Part shown: positions 1 through 7,079 of the stretch, in pieces
Numbering within the stretch: the stretch's first letter is position 1
Layout: each line of letters begins with the position of its first letter
Virus record (IMG/VR): IMGVR_UViG_3300048881_000349
Location: 1-53,010 of that record
Source: a virus
Taxonomy: Duplodnaviria > Caudoviricetes
Reading direction: 5' to 3' (one strand)
DNA length: 53,010 nucleotides
Notes under the pieces: generated by a model
The model's database searches: none
What the model was told of the DNA's origin: nothing
What the model saw: the letters and a program-made list of their open reading frames with translations, nothing else
Translations under genes and position numbers: made by a program

Positions 1-127
1 GCAGCATTGCCTGGGCCATCAGGACGACGGAGTACGCGGCACAGGGTGCCATGAATGAACTGGTGGACGAGGGCCGCACTGAGCGTCATGAGGATGGGCG
101 GCGGTATCAACTGACAGAGAGCGGGCC
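1..127. repeat. Terminal direct repeat, copy 1 (assembly circularisation overlap)
   Basis: Identical to 52884-53010; 127 is a common assembler k-mer size. Confidence 0.95.
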
Positions 128-148
128 TGTTCCGCCGGAGGTGGCGTG

Positions 149-250
149 ATGGGCGAACTACACGAAATCCTTCAAGAGTGGACGCCGCTATCAGCTCTCA
201 TCGTGGGCGTTGTCCTGATATGGGTCTGGTCGATGTTTAAGGGGGAGTGA
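149..250 (+). CDS. 33-aa single-pass membrane protein
   Basis: Own translation MGELHEILQEWTPLSALIVGVVLIWVWSMFKGE; GGAGG RBS; TGATG coupling at both ends. Confidence 0.6.
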   Translation: MGELHEILQEWTPLSALIVGVVLIWVWSMFKGE

Positions 251-675
251 TGCAAACCATCGTCAACTCTGAAGCCAGCCTTCGCAAACACCAGCGGGAC
301 GTTGAGAAGCAGTTCCGCGAACACCGGTTTCTGCGAATCACCACGAAAGAGGGCGCCGGTCGCACCCTGGACCAAAATGCGCTCAGTCATGCGTGGTACA
401 ACGAGATTGCCCAGCAGATAGCAGACACGCCGGAGAGTGTGAAGTGCGAGTGCAAGCTGCGGTTCGGTGTTCCGATCCTGCGGGCCGAAGATCCTGACTT
501 CCGCGAAATGTACGACAACAGCATTCTGCGTAACCTGACCTATGAGCAGAAGCTGAAGGCCATGCGCTTCATTCCGGTGACCAGCAATATGACCAAGCAG
601 CAGTTATCCCGATACCTAGAGCACATTCAGCAAAGTTATGCCCAGCAGGGCGTGATCGTGTCCTTTCCGGAGTAG
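250..675 (+). CDS. ninB: NinB/YbcN-like recombination protein
   Basis: RTLDQNALSHAWYNEIA and TSNMTKQQLSRYLEHI motifs; nin-region position. Confidence 0.75.
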   Translation: MQTIVNSEASLRKHQRDVEKQFREHRFLRITTKEGAGRTLDQNALSHAWYNEIAQQIADTPESVKCECKLRFGVPILRAEDPDFREMYDNSILRNLTYEQKLKAMRFIPVTSNMTKQQLSRYLEHIQQSYAQQGVIVSFPE

Positions 676-683
676 GAGGCAGC

Positions 684-837
684 ATGAACCCAGAATCAAT
701 CGAATCCAGAATCAATCGAAACCAGAAAGCGAATCGGAGCCTGGCTGTCTGCCAACTGCAACAAGCCAGCAAACACACTGAACGGCGTCAGCTTTGCGGA
801 GTTGATGCGGGAGTTGAGGGGTGAGAGTGCAGCATGA
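684..837 (+). pseudogene. Small gene frameshifted by a 16-nt tandem duplication
   Basis: AGGAGG RBS; CCAGAATCAATCGAAW at 690-705 and 706-721; deleting one copy gives a 45-aa ORF ending GCAGCATGA coupled to ATG 834. Confidence 0.65.
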
Positions 838-1031
838 CCAGTATCGGAGAAACCCGCCGCAACACCAAGAAGGCCAAGAGTGCGGAGATTGAACTGCTGA
901 CCCGTGATTTCCTGGCCAACGGTGGCGAGATCCAGCGGGAGGATATCCGGGAGACGAAGCAGGTTGATCTGACCTGGCGGAATTATGCGGCCACGGCGAT
1001 GGAGGATGGCGGCAATGTCGAAGAAGTGTAA
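834..1031 (+). CDS. Small protein with SutA-like RNAP-binding motif
   Basis: EIELLTRDFLANGGEIQ resembles the EEFLxRGGKVQEI core of Pseudomonas SutA. Confidence 0.55.
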   Translation: MTSIGETRRNTKKAKSAEIELLTRDFLANGGEIQREDIRETKQVDLTWRNYAATAMEDGGNVEEV

Positions 1032-1620
1032 AGAGTGCCGCAAGCCGTTCGATCCCTACAACAGCCTGCAGGTTGCTTGCAGTCCCGCCTGTGCACTGGC
1101 CGTTGGCCGCAAGGTGGCTGCGAAGAAGGCTGAAAAAGCTGCAAGGCAGGCCCGCTCCGAGCGCCGGGAATTCAACCGCCGGGATCTTACTTGGCAGCAC
1201 AAGCAGTGCCAGCGAGTGTTCAACCGGATGCGCGTACTCGAGGAATTGCAGTGGTTCAGACAGCGAGGCATGGAGCCTGAGTGTATTTCCTGCGGCAAGA
1301 CGCGCATGGACTGGTGCTGCGGGCATTTCAAGACGCGCGGCGCGCAGTCGAACCTGCGTTATGACCGGATGAACACGTTCCTGCAATGCAACAAGGCCTG
1401 TAATGAATCGTTGAGCGGGAACATCGAAGGCACCAAGACAAGCCGAGGCTACAAGCAGGGGTTGGTTGAGCGGTTCGGAGAAGCTGAGGCCCAGCGGATC
1501 ATCGACTACTGCGAATCGAACACCGCACCGGTTAAGTGGGGCTGGCAGGAACTGGAGACTCTGCGTAAGCAGTGGAGTCAGCGGATACGGGATATTGAGA
1601 GCGGGAGACTGGCAGCATGA
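1015..1620 (+). CDS. ninG: NinG/Rap-family Zn-finger HNH junction endonuclease
   Basis: CKEC...CSPAC, CISCG, CCGHF, LRYDRMNTFLQCNKACN motifs. Confidence 0.9.
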   Translation: MSKKCKECRKPFDPYNSLQVACSPACALAVGRKVAAKKAEKAARQARSERREFNRRDLTWQHKQCQRVFNRMRVLEELQWFRQRGMEPECISCGKTRMDWCCGHFKTRGAQSNLRYDRMNTFLQCNKACNESLSGNIEGTKTSRGYKQGLVERFGEAEAQRIIDYCESNTAPVKWGWQELETLRKQWSQRIRDIESGRLAA

Positions 1621-1778
1621 GCGCCCAACAACTCGAACAACGCACACAACTGGCCCTTCGCGGCTTGATCGACAGCTACCTGACCAAGGGCTGGGTCATC
1701 ACGAACCGGTATCCGCTGACGATCTATCGGGGTAGGGCTGGGTATCAACTTCAGAATGGGTGTTTGGTGAGTGTATGA
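1617..1778 (+). CDS. Hypothetical protein (53 aa)
   Basis: Own translation; ATGA overlaps with both neighbours. Confidence 0.6.
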   Translation: MSAQQLEQRTQLALRGLIDSYLTKGWVITNRYPLTIYRGRAGYQLQNGCLVSV

Positions 1779-2038
1779 ACCAACTGACCGCCATCGTAGA
1801 CGGCAAACGAACAACGATGCTTACCGAGGGGAGCATTGAAGAAGCCGCCAGAAGTTGCAGGGACCGCTTCGGTGCGAGGTTTGAGGGGTTTGCGCCGATA
1901 CCAACCGAGATCAAGGCTCGCAGTAAGTGGGGCGAGTACCGGGAAAAACAGATAAGCCAGGAGGAATTAGAGGCCTGGCTGACAGAGCAAGATGACGAGA
2001 AAGAGATTCGGAAGCTGTTTAACGGAATGCGAGGGTGA
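1775..2038 (+). CDS. Hypothetical protein
   Basis: ORF coupled within the nin operon. Confidence 0.7.
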   Translation: MNQLTAIVDGKRTTMLTEGSIEEAARSCRDRFGARFEGFAPIPTEIKARSKWGEYREKQISQEELEAWLTEQDDEKEIRKLFNGMRG

Positions 2039-2039
2039 T

Positions 2040-2525
2040 ATGGCGAACCAGAAGCGTAACGGCCAGACAAGAACAGCAAGGCAGCAGGCGCAATTGGTGG
2101 TGGATCTGTTTTTGGATGTGTTGCTGTCCAGAGATCAGGACGCCGGCTGGCAGGGCGACAGCCTGATAGGCAAGCTGGTCGACTTCAAGGGGGAGCTACC
2201 GAAGTCATCCGGATTCAGCGGCTTCAGCAAGGTTTACGAGCAGTCCAAGTGGCTCAGGGAGTGGAGCGATAGCCACAAGATGGCGTGTGTGGTTATGCGC
2301 AACATCAGTGACCGGCAGCGAGAGGCGCTGTGCATGGATCGGGCATACCGAGGGCGAACCAAGGTGGCGGTAGATCCGTTCACACCCGATGCCCGAATAG
2401 AGATTCATTGGAACGACGAGGCTTGCGCACAGCAACTCAGGTGCAGCCCGCAAGCATTCAGCCAGCGTGTGCATGATGGATACCGTGCGCTTGAATCACT
2501 GCTGGCCGAAAAAGTTGCTGCCTGA
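2040..2525 (+). CDS. Late-gene regulator, Q-like antiterminator
   Basis: Last early gene before late promoter and terminators; C-terminal HTH-like segment (DEACAQQLRCSPQAFSQRV). Confidence 0.65.
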   Translation: MANQKRNGQTRTARQQAQLVVDLFLDVLLSRDQDAGWQGDSLIGKLVDFKGELPKSSGFSGFSKVYEQSKWLREWSDSHKMACVVMRNISDRQREALCMDRAYRGRTKVAVDPFTPDARIEIHWNDEACAQQLRCSPQAFSQRVHDGYRALESLLAEKVAA

Positions 2526-2537
2526 CTGTTGGACTGT

Positions 2538-2565
2538 TTGACAATTCCTTATTACAGGGTACACT
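2538..2565 (+). promoter_or_regulatory. Late promoter (pR'-like)
   Basis: TTGACA-N16-TACACT right after the Q-like gene. Confidence 0.75.
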
Positions 2566-2596
2566 TTCAGCTAATTCGTGAAGTTTCCCCCAAAAG

Positions 2597-2630
2597 AAAG
2601 CCGCCCGGTTCCGCCGTCGCGGCTTTTTTT
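2597..2630 (+). terminator. Intrinsic terminator in late leader (tR'-like)
   Basis: AAAGCCGC...GCGGCTTT stem followed by T run. Confidence 0.75.
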
Positions 2631-2669
2631 GTGCCCGATTACCCCGCAACCGTCCTGTTGCACTTCCTT

Positions 2670-2695
2670 CCCGGCCATGCGCCGGGTTTTTTATT
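2670..2695 (+). terminator. Second late-leader terminator
   Basis: CCCGGC-CATGC-GCCGGG then TTTTTT. Confidence 0.7.
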
Positions 2696-2708
2696 CCTGG
2701 AGGTCGCC

Positions 2709-3092
2709 ATGCCATTCAAACTCAGTTCCCGGTCATTGAGCAGATTGTCAGGCATCCATGACGACCTCTTTTCCGTTGTCGAACGCGCCATCCAGATCAC
2801 CGAAGTGGACTTCACGGTACTGGAGGGTCTGCGCAGCAAGTCCCGCCAGAAAGAGCTGTTCGACTCTGGCGCGTCCACCACGATGAATAGCCGCCACCTG
2901 ACCGGCCATGCCGTTGACCTGGGGGCCTGGGTAACTGGCGGCGTGCGCTGGGATTGGCCACTGTATTACAAGATCGCTGACGCCATGAAGCATGCCGCCG
3001 ATGAGCTTGGCATCCCTCTTGAGTGGGGCGGCGATTGGGAAACGTTCAAGGACGGCCCTCATTTCCAGTTGCCTTGGAAGGCCTACCCGTAA
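2709..3092 (+). CDS. Endolysin, M15 family L-Ala-D-Glu Zn peptidase
   Basis: EGLRS, SRHLTGHAVD, WGGDW..FKDGPHFQL motifs; GGAGG RBS. Confidence 0.92.
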   Translation: MPFKLSSRSLSRLSGIHDDLFSVVERAIQITEVDFTVLEGLRSKSRQKELFDSGASTTMNSRHLTGHAVDLGAWVTGGVRWDWPLYYKIADAMKHAADELGIPLEWGGDWETFKDGPHFQLPWKAYP

Positions 3093-3104
3093 CCCCGAGC
3101 CCAC

Positions 3105-3491
3105 ATGACCCGAGACGAGAGAATGCCCTGGAGTTCAATTCAAGCCCAGCTTTCGGATGTAAATGGCGTTTGGGCCTTTCTGGGCGTCGTGTTCACAACT
3201 ATGTGCTTCGCCGCGCTGGCGTTCGTGAAACTGATGCTGCTTGGCAGAACGTCCCGCGATGCGGACCTGAAGGAGCGGGAAGCGTTGTTTGCCGAGCACA
3301 TGGCGGCAGAGCTCAACCGATTGAACTCGCTGGTTACAGACCTCGACAGCGCCCTGAAGACCCAAGCGATAGAACACCGTGAGGCGATGCAGCGTGAACG
3401 CGACGAATGCAACGCCAAGATGGCCGGCATGAAGGGCGAGATTGAGCTACTGAAGCGCCGGATGAGTGACGAGGAACAACGTGATGCCTGA
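3105..3491 (+). CDS. Lysis-cassette membrane protein (one TM plus coiled coil; holin/antiholin candidate)
   Basis: Hydrophobic segment VWAFLGVVFTTMCFAALAFV; position. Confidence 0.55.
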   Translation: MTRDERMPWSSIQAQLSDVNGVWAFLGVVFTTMCFAALAFVKLMLLGRTSRDADLKEREALFAEHMAAELNRLNSLVTDLDSALKTQAIEHREAMQRERDECNAKMAGMKGEIELLKRRMSDEEQRDA

Positions 3492-3693
3492 CTTTCTGAA
3501 ACGACACAGATTGATCCCGCGCCTGGTCATGATCTGGGGCCCGGTGATTATCACCATCGTCCTGTTACGAGTGACCGAGCCTGATGCGATTCAGGCTATC
3601 GGCGGTGCCGGTATGGCCACCATCGTCACCGGCACCATTGGCATTCTGGCAACAGCGATTGCTCTCTACCTGAGCAAGCCGAGCGGCCAGTGA
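3484..3693 (+). CDS. Putative holin (two TM)
   Basis: Two hydrophobic helices in 69 aa; between endolysin and spanins. Confidence 0.55.
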   Translation: MPDFLKRHRLIPRLVMIWGPVIITIVLLRVTEPDAIQAIGGAGMATIVTGTIGILATAIALYLSKPSGQ

Positions 3694-4091
3694 TCAATAA
3701 ATACGTCATCGGCGGTGCAGGCATCGTCATCTTCCTGATGGCCGGCACGATCTGGGCCCTGATGCAGTCGCGGGATACGTTGCTCGAAGAAAACGCCAAC
3801 CTGACCCAGGCCATCGACCAGGCCAAAGTCACCAACGAACAGAACCAGACCGAAATAGCCAGGCTGGAGGCAGATATACGCTGGCGCGACCAGCAAGCCG
3901 TCATCCGCGACCAGCGCGAAAAAGACCTAAGCGACCAACTTGCCGCCACCGAAAGCGAGTTGAAGGAGTTGGTAAAAGATGCGCCTTGTAGCGGCCCTGA
4001 TTATCTGTGGCCTGATGCTGTTTATGAGCGGATGCGGGCCGGCACAGTGGCTGACCCGGACCGAGTTCAAGAAGAAGCCAGTACCCGCTGA
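3690..4091 (+). CDS. Rz: Inner-membrane spanin (Rz-like)
   Basis: N-terminal TM, coiled coil, C-terminal Cys; overlapped by lipoprotein gene. Confidence 0.8.
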   Translation: MINKYVIGGAGIVIFLMAGTIWALMQSRDTLLEENANLTQAIDQAKVTNEQNQTEIARLEADIRWRDQQAVIRDQREKDLSDQLAATESELKELVKDAPCSGPDYLWPDAVYERMRAGTVADPDRVQEEASTR

Positions 4092-4251
4092 GTACCTGAT
4101 TCCCCGTCAACTACCGGCACCACCCAGGCGCATTGACTGGTGTCCAGTCTGGGCCGAGCAACTGAAGACTGTTCACAAGGCCTGCGAAGGCGACAAGGCC
4201 GATATTAAGGCGTGGAGTGACCGGCCCATTGAACCCGAGTTTGCCAAGTAA
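3979..4251 (+). CDS. Rz1: Outer-membrane spanin lipoprotein (Rz1-like)
   Basis: Signal peptide with lipobox FMSG-C, Pro-rich mature part, AAGGAG RBS, +1 overlap with Rz. Confidence 0.85.
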   Translation: MRLVAALIICGLMLFMSGCGPAQWLTRTEFKKKPVPAEYLIPRQLPAPPRRIDWCPVWAEQLKTVHKACEGDKADIKAWSDRPIEPEFAK

Positions 4252-4262
4252 AACACTGCCGT

Positions 4263-5027
4263 TTATTCGGGCAGAGAAAGGACGCAGGTAACCCGGTTAG
4301 TAAGCAGTTCCCTTATAAACGGAATTCGGGTGATGAAGTTAAGGTTTTTGACGCCACGGTAGTTTTGGCGCGACATCTTCATGCCAGACGCCTCAATAAG
4401 CCGCTCGAACTTTGCCAGCGTCATCTTGTTAAGGGCGGACTCAACTTCTGTGTATCTCGTAGCGCCATCGTCTCGGTACTTGGCGCGGACCTTCATTACG
4501 GTCTTCTCGCTGAATATCAGGTTCAGCCAGGGCAACTTGCAAAAGAAATGCATGTGATGACCGTATGGCGCGAACCATGGGGGCGAAAAGGTAACAAGGA
4601 TCTTACCGCCGGGCGCCAGATGGTTCTTCATTATCTCAAGAATGGCACCAGGGTCCGGGAAGTGCTCCATGGCGTTCTGGGTAATGATCACGTCGTATTT
4701 TTCGTTGCCGAGCTCACCAACAAAAGAGCACTGGTCATTCGCCAAGTTGTGGTGAGAGGCAAGTGTTTGAGCCTCCGCCAGGGCCGATGGATTTGTATCG
4801 ACGCCGATTACAACGGCACCCATTGTTTGGGCGAGAGCAACCGATTGCCGGCCAACGCCGCACCCGAAGTCAAGGACGCGACGGCCGCCAACGATTTTCT
4901 GAAGATCCGGGAACTCACCGGTCAGCGTTTTCAGAGCGCCTTTAACGTCTGTAGATACCTTTGTTTCGTTGTAGTCAGCAGACGAAGGTGACCGGGAAAT
5001 GGCTTGTAGTACAAACGTTCCAATCAT
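4263..5027 (-). CDS. Class I SAM-dependent methyltransferase (moron)
   Basis: VLDFGCGVG motif I, VIGVD, YDVII..AMEHFPDP, HLAPGG; AAGGAG RBS; opposite strand to late operon. Confidence 0.9.
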   Translation of the reverse strand: MIGTFVLQAISRSPSSADYNETKVSTDVKGALKTLTGEFPDLQKIVGGRRVLDFGCGVGRQSVALAQTMGAVVIGVDTNPSALAEAQTLASHHNLANDQCSFVGELGNEKYDVIITQNAMEHFPDPGAILEIMKNHLAPGGKILVTFSPPWFAPYGHHMHFFCKLPWLNLIFSEKTVMKVRAKYRDDGATRYTEVESALNKMTLAKFERLIEASGMKMSRQNYRGVKNLNFITRIPFIRELLTNRVTCVLSLPE

Positions 5028-5154
5028 TGCATATCTCCTTTTGGGCGCTCTAAAAGCGTAAGCATAACTTAGGCCAAAACATAAGATTCGGAAAGTCTTA
5101 GGTTTTAATAAACCGCTTTTTCAAATGTGTAATAAAACCTGACGGACAGAGAGC

Positions 5155-6351
5155 ATGCCAGCACCGATAGTCCTGAGAAACCTGGTTCCGGAAACCAAGA
5201 AGGTGAATAACCCGCCGACTGGTCAGCCGAAGATTGCGACTCGTGCCGACATGCGGGATGGCACTCGATCTGGCGATAGTGGCGGCGGTAGTGGTGATCC
5301 AGACACCGGGGGCACAGCTTCACTGAGCTGGTCTGCGCCCAACGGCTTGGCGGATCAGAACCAGATCACTCTAACTGCTGATGCTCCAGCTTTCGTTGCC
5401 CCAACCAAGTCTACGTGGCTGGGTTTTGGCGATGGATGGCTCTACGCCCAGGCTGATGACACGCCGATGGCACAAGCCATAACAGAGAACGGCGAAACCA
5501 TTAGTTATGAATTTGGCTCCGGGAACGAGCAAAGGTTTGTAAAAACAATTAATGGCATAAAAGTCCTTGAGTCCACGTTACACACCCCGGCTGGGGTCAA
5601 CTATAACGCGGGCATTATTAATTGGGACAACGGTTCGGAGATTGCGCCGGGGAATAGAATATTTATGTTCTCCAGGGCGATGTGTACAGACGGGTCAGTT
5701 CCAAACGCTACCTTCCAGTGGAAACAGGAGCGGGTGAGAGCGCTATCTAACCTTAACGGGCCGTCAAACAATTCAGCCTATATCACAGAAACAACGCCAA
5801 ACGGATCTGGTAGCAGAATCTTGGTCTACCAGGGCAGTGTCGGTGCCGCAGAATCCTTATACACACCCGTTCCGACGCATGGTGATGGCTGGTTCAACCA
5901 TGGGTGGCTCTGGAAAATAAACACGCCAGACCAATCAGACGGCCTAATGGTCAAGGTGACGCAAAATGACGGAGACGTAGGGATAGTCGCGGATTCTGAC
6001 ATGACAAACTCTGGCGGAGCTGTTGGGGCGGACGTTATCAGAAGCTCCGAGTCTGAGCGCCCCCGTTACGCTGTAGTGCAGGATTACATCGGCAATAACG
6101 GCGACGATACGAGCGATGTTGTTGTCCGTAGAACGGATCAATATTGGCAACTAAACGGCACGCACTTCTTCCTCTCTGATAGCCCAAACCCTGCTCAAGC
6201 CGGCCTGTTCTGGCCGTTGCGGGTGGTTTCTGTGCCGGACGCTCAAACGGCAACGCTCAAGCTCTGGAAAGGCACTTTTGCAGATTACGCCGGTAAGGCG
6301 ATTCTGGTGTACGACCAAGACATGAACTTCTTGCAAGGGGTAAGTTTATAA
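5155..6351 (+). CDS. Putative virion-associated carbohydrate-binding/polysaccharide-lyase-like protein
   Basis: Gly/Ser linker then beta-rich domain; WFNHGWLWKINTPDQSDG resembles lyase-like jelly-roll motif; lower GC. Confidence 0.45.
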   Translation: MPAPIVLRNLVPETKKVNNPPTGQPKIATRADMRDGTRSGDSGGGSGDPDTGGTASLSWSAPNGLADQNQITLTADAPAFVAPTKSTWLGFGDGWLYAQADDTPMAQAITENGETISYEFGSGNEQRFVKTINGIKVLESTLHTPAGVNYNAGIINWDNGSEIAPGNRIFMFSRAMCTDGSVPNATFQWKQERVRALSNLNGPSNNSAYITETTPNGSGSRILVYQGSVGAAESLYTPVPTHGDGWFNHGWLWKINTPDQSDGLMVKVTQNDGDVGIVADSDMTNSGGAVGADVIRSSESERPRYAVVQDYIGNNGDDTSDVVVRRTDQYWQLNGTHFFLSDSPNPAQAGLFWPLRVVSVPDAQTATLKLWKGTFADYAGKAILVYDQDMNFLQGVSL

Positions 6352-7079
6352 TGGCTATCGTTAAGCTGGGCAGAGATATTACTGGCTCCAATTTTAACAA
6401 TCTATCCCTGCAAACAGACGCGTATTTTATAGGCGGGGCCTACTCAGTTACCGTTGAGGCTGGCGACCAACTTGTTTTGCTGGGCATTGGAGAGATCAAG
6501 GCCAACACAGTTAATGCTACCGCTGCCGTAGCCGTTTATGCAGAGTCCGACTATGAACGAATTGCTTATGAAGAATTTACGTTTGAGGACACTGCAAATT
6601 ATGTAAGAAAAACCGCGGTGAAGTCGATTGACCTTACTCCTTGGGCTGGCGAGAGTCTGGTGATAGCCTGCGGCGAGTGGGGCGACGTCAGAGGCTTGCG
6701 CATGCCTGGAGACTCTGCACACTTTTCTTACTCTGGCGGCGACGACGTTCTGGCCAACCCGTACCCAAACAGAACGGGATTTAGCTCCGGACAAGAGGTT
6801 GTCCCGATATGGGCTGAAATCCAAAGGGGCCCATCTCTCACTGTCACGCAATCCGAGCTAACGCCTGGCGGCACGATTTCAGGAAGTTACGAGGGTTACG
6901 AAACCGTACCGACCACTCTGACAGTTAGCGACGGCGCCAACACCGTCACGATCTCCAGTCCGACCATCACGGACAACGGCGACGGGACCGGCACCTTTAG
7001 CGGGACCATGCCCAGCTTGCCATCAAGCGGCACCGCAAGCCTGATCCTGTTCGGTGATGTGACAGTGGAGCTGACCTAA
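6351..7079 (+). CDS. Putative virion appendage protein (variable N-terminus, Thr-rich Ig-like C-terminus)
   Basis: TAATG coupling; composition shift near 6830. Confidence 0.55.
   Translation: MAIVKLGRDITGSNFNNLSLQTDAYFIGGAYSVTVEAGDQLVLLGIGEIKANTVNATAAVAVYAESDYERIAYEEFTFEDTANYVRKTAVKSIDLTPWAGESLVIACGEWGDVRGLRMPGDSAHFSYSGGDDVLANPYPNRTGFSSGQEVVPIWAEIQRGPSLTVTQSELTPGGTISGSYEGYETVPTTLTVSDGANTVTISSPTITDNGDGTGTFSGTMPSLPSSGTASLILFGDVTVELT

Noticed and set aside
690-735. CRISPR or mini-array
   Set aside because: Only two adjacent 16-nt units with no spacers; no cas genes
2529-2708. N-terminal extension or signal peptide on the endolysin
   Set aside because: Region is the late promoter and terminators; RBS supports ATG 2709
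4263-5027. DNA methyltransferase of a restriction-modification system
   Set aside because: Lacks DPPY/NPPY or PC catalytic motifs; no partner endonuclease
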